From assembly GCA_963734545.1 (NCBI GenBank), contig CAVTHO010000003.1, positions 64,001 to 128,000 on the forward strand: a stretch of DNA of 64,000 nt, given 5' to 3'. Positions 1 through 10,483 of the stretch are shown piece by piece. The notes under the pieces are model-generated. The model worked only from the letters and a program-made list of their open reading frames with translations, did no database searches and had not been told where the DNA came from. Both the position numbers and the translations under genes were made by a program. Within the stretch, counting starts at the first letter, position 1. The number at the start of each line of letters is the position of its first letter. Origin of the DNA: an uncultured Spirochaetota bacterium. Its GTDB lineage: Bacteria; Spirochaetota; Spirochaetia; SZUA-6; Fen-1364.

Positions 1-355
1 AGGAGCTCGCCTGCGCGCTGCCCTGGCGAAGCTCGCTCGCCATCCGCATGATGAGGGTGTCGATTCCGGCACCGCCTCCGCCCGGCTGGGTGACCTTCCT
101 TTCCTGGACCGGCGCTGCGCCGCCGCTCTCCCGGGAAAGTGAATCTATCAGGGTATCGAGAATTTTCAGCTTATAGAGCGGAACTCCGTCATCCAACCGT
201 GAATCCGGTCGAACCTGGATATGCCGGAAGTTGGCGTGAATGACCTCGGCGGGCCGGACCGGCATGACCACATCGCGGCCATCGGACTGCGCATAACGCA
301 GAGCCGTGATTGCCGCGACCCCTACATGTCCCCCCGACGTGACGCCCTGGATCAT
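1..355 (-). CDS. hypothetical protein, 3' end outside window
   Basis: Own translation MIQGVTSGGHVGVAAITALRYAQSDGRDVVMPVRP...GVPLYKLKILDTLID; AGGAG upstream; open to window edge. Confidence 0.6.
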   Translation of the reverse strand, partial: MIQGVTSGGHVGVAAITALRYAQSDGRDVVMPVRPAEVIHANFRHIQVRPDSRLDDGVPLYKLKILDTLIDSLSRESGGAAPVQERKVTQPGGGGAGIDTLIMRMASELRQGSAQASS

Positions 356-447
356 GTCCTTCGCTCCTGCTCTGAGTATCGGAAGGACGCGAAGGCTGTA
401 TTACGTTTCAGTGGAGTGCAGGACGCCGTAGCGGCGCCGGGGCGGTC

Positions 448-804
448 TCAGCGGTTGCGCCGTTCCTCTGATGACTTGCATTCGATGCACAGGAGCGCAT
501 ACGGAATGGCTTCGAGCCTTTCCCGCGGGATTTTCTTGGAGCAACGGGCGCAAAGACCGTACTTCTCGTTTTCGATTCGTGCGAGCGCGGATTCGATGAG
601 CTGCAGCCTGCGAAGCTCCTGAGATCCAAGGGCTTCCAGGGTCTTGCGGTCTATGTCATCCGCCGCTATGTCCGCAAGGTCCTTTGGATCCATGTCTTCA
701 ATGATGGTGCGAAAATCCTCGCTCTCCGAGGCGAGGTTTTTCAGGATCTCCTGCTTCAGCTCGAACAGGGAGGTTTTCATCTTTTTGAGAAAAGTCGCTT
801 CCAT
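448..804 (-). CDS. dksA: DksA/TraR family C4 zinc-finger protein
   Basis: DLADIAAD acidic tip, YGLCARC...RLEAIPYALLCIEC zinc finger. Confidence 0.9.
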   Translation of the reverse strand: MEATFLKKMKTSLFELKQEILKNLASESEDFRTIIEDMDPKDLADIAADDIDRKTLEALGSQELRRLQLIESALARIENEKYGLCARCSKKIPRERLEAIPYALLCIECKSSEERRNR

Positions 805-1006
805 TACAAGTACCCTTTAGGGAAAGCAATCTACGCATAAACCTAGCCGGTTGTCAATCCCAATTGATATTCTTTCAATTTCGGCAAAACGTGGAAGAAT
901 TCGACCTTTCGGCAGCTGGACAGGTCACTCCCGCACGTCCCCAAAGGGTTGAGCATTGACAGCCGGCGGCAAAGCCGGTACTCTGCTATGTCCAAAGGAG
1001 GGTTTT

Positions 1007-1225
1007 TTGGCAAAGGAAGAGGCTATAGAAGTCGACGGGAAGGTGAAGGAATCCCTCCCCAATACAATGTTCAGGGTCGAGCTCGAAAATGGTCATCTCA
1101 TTCTGGCCCATCTTTCGGGCAAGATGCGCAAGCATTACATCCGCATCGTCCCGGGAGACCGTGTGAAAGTCGCCCTCTCGCCGTACGACCTGACGCGGGG
1201 ACGAATCATCTACCGGGAAAAATAA
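1007..1225 (+). CDS. infA: translation initiation factor IF-1
   Basis: [29 protein letters not shown]...[13 protein letters not shown]; TTG start after AAGGAG. Confidence 0.97.
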   Translation: MAKEEAIEVDGKVKESLPNTMFRVELENGHLILAHLSGKMRKHYIRIVPGDRVKVALSPYDLTRGRIIYREK

Positions 1226-1235
1226 CTCGCCGGCT

Positions 1236-2516
1236 CTACGAGCGGTAGTCCGCGTTTTCTTTCACGTAGTCATACGACAGGTCTGACCCGATCACCTCGA
1301 CCTGGGTGGACGATCCGTCCAGCGCGACCTCGATGTCCACGGTCCTGTCGTGCTGCGGCCACGGCACGCGTTTCGTGTCGAGGGCCCGCCCCCGCAGATA
1401 GGCAGACAGCCGCTCTTCCTTCTCGGCGTCCAGCAGGAAGCAGCCTCCCGCAAAGATCTCCTCTCCCCCCATGCGCACCGTCACCCGGCGGTTGTCCAGC
1501 GCTTCGCCCGCGTTCCCAAGGTAGTCCCCGATTGCGGAGACGATCCGGCCCACGTTCGGATCGTTTCCGAATATCGCCGTTTTCACCAGGGGGGAATTCG
1601 CGATTGCGCGCGCGACTCCCAGGGCCGTGGATTCATCCCGTGCCTTTCCGACCCCGACCTTCAGCACGTGGCCAATGCCTTCGCCGTTTCTCACGATGTC
1701 GAATGCCAGCCCCGCGAGAACCGCGCGCAGCCCTTCCCGAAACTCGGCGCGGTCCGCCGGCCCCCGGCGCCCCGATGACAGCAGGATGGCCGTGTCACTC
1801 GTGCTCTGGTCACCGTCGATCGATATACGGTTCAGGGTCCTCTCGACGCACCATGCAAGATCCTCCCGCAGGCGTTCCCGCTCGACGGCGAGATCCGTGC
1901 ACAGGAAACACAGGAGCGTGGCCATGTTGGGCTCGATCATGCCCGCCCCCTTCGCGATCCCCACGATGCTCCCGCGGCCTGCCGTTGCCCGGCGCACCTT
2001 GGGAAACGCGTCCGTTGTCATGATGGCGCGGGCAACCGGGAGAATGGAAGAGGACTCCAGTCCGGACACGAGAGCAGGCAGAGATTCACCCATCTCGCGC
2101 ACGGGAAGCTCCCATCCGATGATGCCCGTGGAAGCGATGAAGAAGCTCTCTTCCGACGCGCCCAGGAGGCCGCCCAGCGTGCCGAGGAGCCCGCGGGCGT
2201 CTTCATACCCGTTCCGGGTGCACACGTTGGAGATCTTGTTGTTGACGAGCACGCCGCGCACGGTCGGCCGCAGGAGCCGTTCCCTGCCGATGAGCACCGG
2301 TGCTCCCGGAAACCTGTTGCGCGTGAACACCGCGCCGAAATCAGGAGTCTCCTTGTCCAGAAGAATGAGGGAGAGATTCATCCGCAGGGGATCCCGCGTC
2401 CTGCGCTCGCGGGGCGAAAACCGGATCTCCCGCGCGGCGCATCGGAAGCCGTCGGGAAGCACGGAACGCGCCTCCAGCTGGCGCAGGTAGGCGGACTCGG
2501 AGTCGTAGGTTTCCAC
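1236..2516 (-). CDS. argJ: bifunctional ornithine acetyltransferase/N-acetylglutamate synthase
   Basis: FTRNRF, STGIIG, MTTD, KGAGMIEPNMATLL, GDQSTSD, DPNVGR, YVKENADYRS motifs; probable GTG start at 2516. Confidence 0.9.
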   Translation of the reverse strand: METYDSESAYLRQLEARSVLPDGFRCAAREIRFSPRERRTRDPLRMNLSLILLDKETPDFGAVFTRNRFPGAPVLIGRERLLRPTVRGVLVNNKISNVCTRNGYEDARGLLGTLGGLLGASEESFFIASTGIIGWELPVREMGESLPALVSGLESSSILPVARAIMTTDAFPKVRRATAGRGSIVGIAKGAGMIEPNMATLLCFLCTDLAVERERLREDLAWCVERTLNRISIDGDQSTSDTAILLSSGRRGPADRAEFREGLRAVLAGLAFDIVRNGEGIGHVLKVGVGKARDESTALGVARAIANSPLVKTAIFGNDPNVGRIVSAIGDYLGNAGEALDNRRVTVRMGGEEIFAGGCFLLDAEKEERLSAYLRGRALDTKRVPWPQHDRTVDIEVALDGSSTQVEVIGSDLSYDYVKENADYRS

Positions 2517-2530
2517 GAGTGTTCTTATAC

Positions 2531-3569
2531 CTAGTGCGCGTCCAGTGATGACAAGCAGGGGCAGGTGGTCGGAGTAGCCGCGTCCGGCGCCGAGCCCCGT
2601 CCACCTCTTCGGCACGCCTTCCGCGGACAGGAGAAAGGGGAACCGGACAGGCCCGAAGCTCCCCCATCGATAGGAGAAGCCGCGGGAATCAAAAAGTCCG
2701 GCGGAAAGCAGAATGTGATCTACCGTCAGCCATTCGCCCTGGTAGGCGTAGGAGCCCCGCCGCGCCGGCGCAATCTCGAACCATGGGTCATACAGCACCA
2801 GGCGGTCCCCCGTCGCGCCCAGGGCGCGCGTGTTCCCCGAGAGGAAAATGCTTTGCCCCGTGTACTTCTGCGGGGTCGTTTCACCGGCCGGTATGAGCGC
2901 TGTCTGGTATTTCCTTCCGGTGCGCACGTACTCGTCCGCGCTCTCGTTCATGTCCCCCGCAACGAGGATGTCGGCAGATGGATCCTGGGCAAGGATCTCC
3001 CGCACTCTCCGGGCGAGCACCGCGGCCGACTGCAGGCGTGACTCCTCGGTTGCCCTGACTCCTCCGGTCTTTGCCTTCCAGTGATTGTCGAAAACGTACA
3101 GTGTGTGTCCGCCGTACGCTATCTTTGCCTCGATGATGTCGCGCACCGGTGTGCTCTGCTTCCACGGACCCACGGCAAGCGCATGCACGTCTGAAACCGG
3201 GAACCTGCTCAGGATGGCGACGTTCGCCGCGAGATCCTTCTTGGGGACCAGCACCCGCCACGTGTAGCCCATGCCGCCGAGGCCTTCCTCCGCGAGTGTC
3301 TCCAAAGCGTGCTCGTTCTCGATCTCCTGCAGGAGGAGGATGTCGGGGCCTCCGGGCACCGCCTTGCGAACGACCTCCGCGATCGACTCTATGCGCACCA
3401 TGAAGAACTCGGCATTCCACGCTCCGCGGCCAGGGTCGAACTCTCTGTACTCGGTCCCGTTGTCCACGTCGTCGAAGAGGTTTTCCACATTGTAGCTCAT
3501 GACGGTGAGCCCCGAGGCGGCGGCGGCGAGACACACCGCGAGCAGGAAAGCGGCAAAAGCCTTTTTCAT
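2531..3569 (-). CDS. secreted endonuclease/exonuclease/phosphatase family protein
   Basis: Signal peptide, SYNVENLFD, QEIEN, NHWK, GDMN, VDHIL, YSDHLP; reads in frame into argJ in this assembly, end placed at the alternative-frame TAG. Confidence 0.85.
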
Positions 3570-3577
3570 GGGGACGG

Positions 3578-4550
3578 TCAGCGCGCGACGGGGCCGGCAG
3601 TGGGGCGGGCCAGCCGCGCCGCTACGAGCGCCGCTTCCGCCTCGGCGCCCAGTGCGCGCGGGGAGAACTCCCGGCGCGTGATGGTTTCCCAGGCCGTGAC
3701 GTATTTCCAGGCCACCTGCACACGTACGTCATCCGGTATGTCGGGGGGCGCGCCCTCTCCGCTCCAGCCGCGGGCAAGCAGCCACTGCCGAAGGTATTCC
3801 TTGTCCAGCTCCCGCTGCGGTTTTTCTTCCCGGAAGAGCTGTTCCCACGTGTCCGCGAACCAGTAGCGGCTGGAGTCAGGGGTATGCACCTCATCCACGA
3901 GGGTGAGGTGTCCTTCATGAAGGCCGAACTCGTACTTGGTGTCCACGAGGATGAGACCGCTGCGGGCCGCAATCTCTGTGCCGCGCTGGAACAGGGCCAG
4001 GGAGGTCTCTTCGATGCGCTCCCACAGACGTCTCTCCACCTTGCCGGTGGAGACGATCTGTTCCCGCGAGATGGGGCGGTCGTGCAGGCCCTTCTCTTCC
4101 TTGGTCGAGGGAGTGAGGAGGGGAGAGTCGAAGCGCTGGTTGATCCGCATTCCGCGGGGAAGCGTGATGCCGGAGACAGGAGAACCCCGCTGGTAGTCCC
4201 GCCACGCCGACCCTGTCAGATAGCCGCGGACCACGACCTCGATGGGCACCACTTTGCACTTGACCGCCCGAACCGTGCGGGCGGAGATTTCCTCTCGGAT
4301 ATGATTGGCGATGATGTCCGATGTGGAGCGTGAACCAGAACAGAGAGAGGGTATTGAGGACCTCTCCCTTGCAGGGGATGGTGGTAAGGACCCGGTCGAA
4401 AGCGGAAATCCTGTCCGTGGTGGTGATCAGGACTTCACCGCCAAGATCGACTACGTCACGCACCTTGCCGTGACTCAACGGAGCATCTGCGGGGAGGTCG
4501 AGGCGCTCCACGCACGAGCCAAGGAGGCCCGGCAGCTCCGCCTGGCGCAC
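3578..4550 (-). CDS. purC: SAICAR synthase (frameshifted near 4300)
   Basis: [53 protein letters not shown] split over two frames. Confidence 0.9.
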
Positions 4551-4552
4551 GG

Positions 4553-5144
4553 CTACAGCTCGTCCCGCGTCTTGATGACCTTGGAGAGCAGGCCGTAGGA
4601 GACGGCCTCTTCCGCGTTCATCCAGTAGTCCCTGTCCGTGTCCTTGCTCCACCTTTTCCAGCGGCTGTCCCGTCTCTTCAGCGATCAGTCGATTGATCTT
4701 GGCGCGCAGCTTCTCGATCTCCTTGGCGTGAATCTCGATCTCCGTTGCCACGCCGCGCGTGCCGCTCATGGGCTGGTGGATGAGGTAGTGCGAGTTGGGC
4801 AGGCCGACGCGCCGCTCCCGCGGTGCGGCGAGCATGATGATGGCTGCCGCGCTGGCCACCAGGCCCATTCCGATCATGGTGATCTGGGGCTTCACGAAAC
4901 GCATCATGTCGAAAATGGCGTACCCCGCATCCGCGTCCCCGCCGGGGGAGTCGATGTATACCTTGATCGGATCCTTGCTCTCCTCTTCCAGGAGGATGAG
5001 GGAGCGAATGACCCTCTCCGCGAGCTGCTTGTTGATCTCCCCGGAAACAAGGACGGTGCGGGACTTGAGCATGCGGTTGAAGAGCATGCCCTCATCCGCG
5101 CGGGGACCGTTTTCCTGTTCGACTGGCTTGTCCTGCATGTTCAT
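4553..5144 (-). CDS. clpP: ATP-dependent Clp protease proteolytic subunit (frameshift near 4640)
   Basis: YIDSPGG, GLVASAA, IHQP motifs; C-terminus continues in another frame. Confidence 0.92.
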
Positions 5145-5288
5145 ACTGATCATTACAATAAGGAATTTCGCGTTGCTTGACAACGCCGTGATTCCGTAGC
5201 CCTTCCGCGGTACGCCGCGGAGTTGGATGGCGAGGGCGAGCGAGTGCAGGGATGCACGAAAGCGAGCCCGCGGCCGGCGCCCGCGGAC

Positions 5289-5318
5289 AAAAAAGGCCGG
5301 GGCATCTCTGCCCCGGCC
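5289..5318 (-). terminator. intrinsic terminator
   Basis: GGCCGGGGCA-GAGA-TGCCCCGGCC-TTTTTT. Confidence 0.85.
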
Positions 5319-5382
5319 ACCCGTCAATCTTCCGTCCTCCAATTGGTACTGGAGGTTGTGGGGCGGAAGCCTCCCAAATGCA
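5289..5382 (-). ncRNA. candidate small RNA or attenuator leader (~94 nt)
   Basis: Bounded by a consensus sigma70 promoter and an intrinsic terminator; internal CUUCCG/CGGAAG and CCUCCA/UGGAGG stems. Confidence 0.6.
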
Positions 5383-5388
5383 GCGCTC

Positions 5389-5416
5389 ATTATACATGGC
5401 ATTCCCGGGATGTCAA
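5389..5416 (-). promoter_or_regulatory. sigma70 promoter
   Basis: TTGACA-N16-TATAAT, both hexamers perfect. Confidence 0.8.
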
Positions 5417-5692
5417 CGAAAAAGCCTTTCCTGCTGCGCGCGTGTTGAAATTTTTCGGATGAATGGGGAATCGTCCGTATAGTGACGGCGAAAATTTTTT
5501 TGGCGTCAATGGCACGCGCCGCGCGAATGACGACAGGAGCGGCCGGGAGCGCGCGCCTGCGTGAAAACGCGCTCGGGAGTACCCATGCGTGCCCTGCCCG
5601 ACGCCCGTACCCGTTCGGCGCGAACGTCGTCTTGCGTTCCACACGCAAAACGCGCACAATGACTGCTCTCGTGCAGCAAAAGGAGGATCGCG

Positions 5693-6556
5693 ATGATGGC
5701 GCGGCTTGCCGTGATCGGCGGGAGTGGACTGTACGCGATGGAGGGGATCCAGGTGCGGGAAGAGCGCGAGGTGCCCACCCCATGGGGCCTCCCCTCTGAT
5801 CTGATCACGCTTGCCGACATTGGCGGCGAAACTGTGGCATTTCTCCCCCGACACGGGAAAGGACATCGGTACCTGCCTTCTGAAGTGCCCTCTCGCGCCA
5901 ACATGTGGGCATTGAAGTCCCTCGGGGTCGAGCAGATCCTGGCCGTGAGCGCGGTCGGCTCTCTCTCCGAGGAGTATGCCCCGGGGGAGTTCGTGCTCTG
6001 TGACAGCATCATCGATCGGACCTCCCGCCGCGTCTCGAGTTTCTTCGGCGAGGGGGTCGCCGGCCACGTTTCTTTCGCGCACCCGTTCTGTGACGACATG
6101 CGGCACGCCGTCAGCAAGGTCCTGGCAGCCCACTCTCATCCTCACCATCCATCGGGAACCTACGTCTGCATGGAGGGTCCACCCTTCTCCACGGCGGCCG
6201 AATCGCGCCTGCACAAGTCCTGGGGCGCCCACCTGATCGGCATGACGGTGGTTCCGGAGGCAAAGCTGGCACGCGAAGCGGAGATGTGCTACGCCACGGT
6301 TGCCACGGTGACCGATTTCGACTGCTGGAAGGAGAGCGGGGAGAACGTGAGCGTCGAGATGGTGCTCGCAACCATGAAGGGAAACACGAGTGCGTTCCAG
6401 CAGATGATCCCTGATATCATAGCCGCCCTCCGGAAGCGGGGCGATTGCGCGTGCCGACATGCCGCGCGGAACGCCATCATGACCGATCCCGCGCTCATCC
6501 CGTACGACACGCGGCGCAAGCTGGCCTTGTTCTACGCGCGGTACTGGAAAACGTGA
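5693..6556 (+). CDS. mtnP: S-methyl-5'-thioadenosine phosphorylase
   Basis: [49 protein letters not shown]. Confidence 0.92.
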   Translation: MMARLAVIGGSGLYAMEGIQVREEREVPTPWGLPSDLITLADIGGETVAFLPRHGKGHRYLPSEVPSRANMWALKSLGVEQILAVSAVGSLSEEYAPGEFVLCDSIIDRTSRRVSSFFGEGVAGHVSFAHPFCDDMRHAVSKVLAAHSHPHHPSGTYVCMEGPPFSTAAESRLHKSWGAHLIGMTVVPEAKLAREAEMCYATVATVTDFDCWKESGENVSVEMVLATMKGNTSAFQQMIPDIIAALRKRGDCACRHAARNAIMTDPALIPYDTRRKLALFYARYWKT

Positions 6557-7428
6557 AAGCGGCCGTCGTCGCGATTGTCGGGCGTCCCTCGTCGGGCAAA
6601 TCGACTCTCGTCAACGCGCTCTGCGGCGGAAAGGTTTCGATAGTCTCCCCGGTCCCCCAGACCACCCGCAATCGGGTCCGCGGCATCCTCACGACGGACG
6701 CGGGCCAGATCGTGTTCATCGACACACCCGGATTCCATCTCTCACAGAAGAAGCTCAACCGGTACATGAGCGATCTTGTCTCCTCGACCCTGGCGGAGGT
6801 GGACATCGCCCTGTATGTCGTGGACGGAACGCGCGCCTCCGGCGAAGAGGAGCGCGCGCTGCTCGAGGCTCTCCGCCGGGCGGGCCGGCCCGTGGTGGCG
6901 TGCCTCAACAAGTCGGACGCCGCGGGCCCTGTCTGGGCGTCCGTGCGGACGGACACTGCCGCGGCCCTTCCCGATGTCCCTGTTCTCGAAATCTCCGCCC
7001 TGGGCGGAACGGGCCTGGAGGCGCTTCGCGATCGGCTCTTTTCACTCGCCCCGGAAGGCGAGCAGATGTATCCCCCCGACTACTACACCGACCAGACGCC
7101 GGACTTCCGGGTCTCGGAGATCGTCCGGGAAAAGGCAATGCTGCAGACCCGTGAAGAGGTGCCGCACTCGCTGTACGTGCGCATGGAAGACCTGGAGATG
7201 CGGGATGACGGGGCGACCCTCTGGGCGCGCGGCTTCATCTGCGTCGAGCGGGAGTCGCAGAAGGGAATCCTGGTGGGGAGGGCGGGGGAGCGGATCAGGT
7301 CCATCGTGCGGGAGGCCGAGCAGGAGTTGTCCGAGATATTCCCTTACGCGGTGAAGCTCGACCTGCGCGTGCGGGTGGACCGTGAGTGGCGCAAAAGAGA
7401 TCCTTTGCTGAAGAAGATGATCAAATGA
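6553..7428 (+). CDS. era: GTPase Era
   Basis: GRPSSGKST, PQTTR, DTPG, NKSD, KH domain; GTG start overlaps mtnP stop. Confidence 0.95.
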   Translation: MKAAVVAIVGRPSSGKSTLVNALCGGKVSIVSPVPQTTRNRVRGILTTDAGQIVFIDTPGFHLSQKKLNRYMSDLVSSTLAEVDIALYVVDGTRASGEEERALLEALRRAGRPVVACLNKSDAAGPVWASVRTDTAAALPDVPVLEISALGGTGLEALRDRLFSLAPEGEQMYPPDYYTDQTPDFRVSEIVREKAMLQTREEVPHSLYVRMEDLEMRDDGATLWARGFICVERESQKGILVGRAGERIRSIVREAEQELSEIFPYAVKLDLRVRVDREWRKRDPLLKKMIK

Positions 7429-7478
7429 AATCTCGCAGAGTACCATGCGAAACAAATCGCACCGGGTAGTGCGCGAGG
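7427..7478 (+). repeat. two degenerate REP-like hairpins between convergent genes
   Basis: TCGCA-GAGTACCA-TGCGA then GAAACAAATC-GCAC-CGGGTA-GTGC; linker identical to the 27-bp repeat at 11088. Confidence 0.55.
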
Positions 7479-7479
7479 C

Positions 7480-9336
7480 CTAATTCTTTTCCTGGACGAC
7501 GAGCAGCTGCGCGATTACCAGGGCACCCTTCCCGTCGATGGGGTTCTTGAACTTCAGCATGAGCCCCGCGTCATCCCGGGCAGGCCGGGGGAGAGCCACG
7601 GGTTTCTCTGTTCCACTCGATGGCACCACGATTGACATCCCATCCGCCCCGATCTTGAGCCTGAATCCCGCCGCATCGGCGGTCAGGGGAATCTGCAGGG
7701 GTGCCGTCGAGGCGCCTTCCCACTGGACCTCGAGGGTGGCCGTGCGGGCCGAATCCGGGGAAAGATCAGCAGCCACGCTGATGGATGAGCCCCCCGGGGT
7801 CAGGTGCGGAAGATCGAGCGCCGCGCCTGCCGCCAGCGTAAGGGACCCGGCGCCCACGCCGCCGTCTCCTTCCACCGTGAGTCCTCGCGACAGGTACAGA
7901 CCGTCGAAACCGTCCGCCAGCAGCAGGCTGTTCCCGTACTTGAGCGACTGCGCCCTGAAATACAGGTCCGGGTCGGGGGAGGGCCGTTCCTCCGCGTCAC
8001 GATAGTAGATGCCGAACTCGTCCACCGTGCCCTTGAATCCCGTCGCCCCGCCGATCGTGATGGCGCCGTTCTGGTTGGCGGCGGTGAGCCTGTATGAAGC
8101 GCTCATGGCAGACACCTGCACGCCGTCGAGGAACCACTGCGCCGTGAGGCTCGCGCTCTGCGGCACGATGCTCAGGGAGAGCAGGTAGCGCTGGCTCTGT
8201 GCAAGAGCGGGGCCTGCCCACGGGATGGTGAGCGCCGGGGCGCTGCCCGAGGTTATCAACGCCTGCGGGGTCCCTGTTGCCGGATCCATCGTGATCACGA
8301 GAGAGAAGCTGCCGTCACCTGCGGAGGCGGCCAGGATCGAGCGCGCGCCGGCCAGATCCTCGAAGCTCACACCGAGGTTTGCAGTGAACGGCTTCACCGC
8401 GCCATTGTCGATCGGCAGCGCCAGCCACGGAACCTGGATTCCGGAAACGCCGTCCAGCTTGTAGCCGAAGCCGTCCTCCAGGGAAACCACCAGCGGCGCT
8501 CCGATGGCAACCGCGGCTGATTTCCCCGCCTTCTTCGCGCCGGTCCCCGCGTCCGAGAGATCGGCCTGCAGGTGCAGGAGGGTAAGGTAGGACGACTCGG
8601 GTCCGAAGTCGCTCCCCTCGAACACTTTTCCGCCCGTGACGAAGATATCCGTGGACAGCAGGAGCGATGACATAAACGGGAAGTCAGAGTCTGCCGGCGG
8701 GGAGCTCGGGAAGAGCTCCAGAGTGATCGTATATACGCCCTGGTCGGAGGGCGCCACCCAGAGGATCTGTCCGAAACCCTTGCTGAGGGTGCCCCGCGCG
8801 ATCACTTTCCCTTTCCATGACCAGCGAAGGTAGGGATCGAAGCCGGACGGGATCTCCAGCTCCGCCTTCAGCATGACGCTGGCCGTGGTCGTGATGACCG
8901 GTGGAAAGCTTTTTATACCGGCGATTCTCCACCCGTCCTTGACGACGAAAAAGGACGCTGATTTCTTCTGCGCGAGCTCGCCTGAGGAATACAACACGAA
9001 GTCCATGCGATACTGGCCGACCGCCAGGTCCGTGGGGAGAGTGATCGGAGTCTGCTCATTCAGGGTCGCGGCAGAGCGGTTGTGCCAGACGCTTGCGCCG
9101 CTCGCGGAGGTGAGGGTCACCTCGATCTCCACGTCTCGGCTTTTTGCCGTGTCGCGGGCCGAGATCAGAAGCGGAACGGAGTTCCCCTGCGCGAGCACCT
9201 GGCCGTCTACGATAGAAGAAATCTGCAGATCCGATGTCTCTGTCTTGAGGGACATGAACAAAGACGAATCCCCACACGCCGCAAGGAATGCGAGAATCGA
9301 GACGAGAAGCAGGTTTTGGCCGAGTCTACAGGCCAT
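7480..9336 (-). CDS. lipoprotein with Ig-like and LamG/concanavalin-like domains
   Basis: Lipobox LAAC; beta-rich; WFLDG...ITIGG...FKGTVDEFGIY LamG-like motif. Confidence 0.65.
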   Translation of the reverse strand: MACRLGQNLLLVSILAFLAACGDSSLFMSLKTETSDLQISSIVDGQVLAQGNSVPLLISARDTAKSRDVEIEVTLTSASGASVWHNRSAATLNEQTPITLPTDLAVGQYRMDFVLYSSGELAQKKSASFFVVKDGWRIAGIKSFPPVITTTASVMLKAELEIPSGFDPYLRWSWKGKVIARGTLSKGFGQILWVAPSDQGVYTITLELFPSSPPADSDFPFMSSLLLSTDIFVTGGKVFEGSDFGPESSYLTLLHLQADLSDAGTGAKKAGKSAAVAIGAPLVVSLEDGFGYKLDGVSGIQVPWLALPIDNGAVKPFTANLGVSFEDLAGARSILAASAGDGSFSLVITMDPATGTPQALITSGSAPALTIPWAGPALAQSQRYLLSLSIVPQSASLTAQWFLDGVQVSAMSASYRLTAANQNGAITIGGATGFKGTVDEFGIYYRDAEERPSPDPDLYFRAQSLKYGNSLLLADGFDGLYLSRGLTVEGDGGVGAGSLTLAAGAALDLPHLTPGGSSISVAADLSPDSARTATLEVQWEGASTAPLQIPLTADAAGFRLKIGADGMSIVVPSSGTEKPVALPRPARDDAGLMLKFKNPIDGKGALVIAQLLVVQEKN

Positions 9337-9395
9337 TTTGACTAAAATATATCACGATGGGGGGCGAAATCAAGCCCCCATTTTGATAAATCGCG

Positions 9396-9710
9396 TTACG
9401 TTCGTTCCCTGATGTGAATCACCTCGATTTCAACATCCCCCCTTGCATACGTCTGGCAGGCGAGCCGGATATCCGGACCTGCCGGCTCCCCCTGGCCAGC
9501 GAGCTCCGTCAGTCGCCGCGTCTCCGGCTCGCGCCGCGGGCTCAAAAACTTGGCACCGGCGCGAATCCTGATCAGGTCCCTGCCGCACAGGGCCCGTCCA
9601 CCGCAGATGGTCTGGATGGGGAAGCCGTTCTTCAGGAGCGTGTTGAGGATCGAAGTGGTGAGGTTTGTCTGGTAGGCCTTCCCGAAGCCGTGAATGCGGA
9701 TGGTCGGCAT
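9396..9710 (-). CDS. 2Fe-2S ferredoxin-like protein
   Basis: CGGRALCGRD...RLACQ (third Cys replaced by Asp). Confidence 0.75.
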   Translation of the reverse strand: MPTIRIHGFGKAYQTNLTTSILNTLLKNGFPIQTICGGRALCGRDLIRIRAGAKFLSPRREPETRRLTELAGQGEPAGPDIRLACQTYARGDVEIEVIHIRERT

Positions 9711-9718
9711 TGCGCGCG

Positions 9719-10393
9719 CTATATATCGCGAGAGTCGCACAGGGCCCGCACGGGGCATCTCTCGTGATCGGGCTTGCGGGCCCCGCAGCATCTGCGGCCA
9801 TGGAAGGTGACGGCATGGGAGAACGCTGTCCAGTCCTTTTCCGGAATGAGGGCCTGCAGCTCCCGCTCGATCTCGTCGGGATCCCCGCTGGCGGCGAGTC
9901 CCAGCCTCTGTGCCACGCGCCGCACATGGGTATCCACGACGATCGAGGGGACGCTGAAGCAGGTGCCCAGTATGACATTTGCGGTCTTCCTGCCGACCCC
10001 GGGAAGGGCGAGCAGGTCCTCCATCCGGTCAGGAAACCGGTCCGGGAAGTCCCGGGCCAGGCCCTCGGATGCCCCCCGGATGCTCTTGGCCTTGTTGTGA
10101 AAGAAGCCGGTCGACCGTATGATCCCTTCCAGCTCGGCGATATCCGCCTGGGCCATGGCTTTTGGAGTGGGAAACCTGGCGAACAGCGAGGGTGTCACCA
10201 TGTTGACCCGCTCGTCGGTGCACTGCGCGGCAAGTATCGTGGCCACCAGAAGCTGAAAGGGATTCTCGTGATCCAGCATGCAGTGGGCATCGGGATATTC
10301 GGCAATCAGAAGCCGGGCGATCTTTTTCGCGCGCGCCGCCTTCTGCCGCGGATCTTCCTCCCCGGCAGAGGGCGTCTTCGTCTTTTTCTTCAT
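9719..10393 (-). CDS. nth: endonuclease III
   Basis: ILAAQCTDERVN, HhH LPGVGRKTAN, VDTHV, C-terminal Fe-S motif. Confidence 0.95.
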   Translation of the reverse strand: MKKKTKTPSAGEEDPRQKAARAKKIARLLIAEYPDAHCMLDHENPFQLLVATILAAQCTDERVNMVTPSLFARFPTPKAMAQADIAELEGIIRSTGFFHNKAKSIRGASEGLARDFPDRFPDRMEDLLALPGVGRKTANVILGTCFSVPSIVVDTHVRRVAQRLGLAASGDPDEIERELQALIPEKDWTAFSHAVTFHGRRCCGARKPDHERCPVRALCDSRDI

Positions 10394-10483
10394 GGCGGTT
10401 CAAATTACGCCGGGACCTGGGAAAAGTCGAGTGTCGGACCGGCGGCGCTTTACTTCTGCCTGTGCCGTGCTTATATCTGAAGC

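Noticed and set aside
5510-5525. sigma54 promoter upstream of mtnP (TGGCACGCGCCGCGC)
   Set aside because: The -12 element lacks TT and there is no activator palindrome; likely chance in GC-rich DNA.
3915-5783. 622-aa ORF (ClpP-PurC fusion with long N-terminus)
   Set aside because: Chimera produced by frameshifts; it runs through a promoter, sRNA candidate and terminator.
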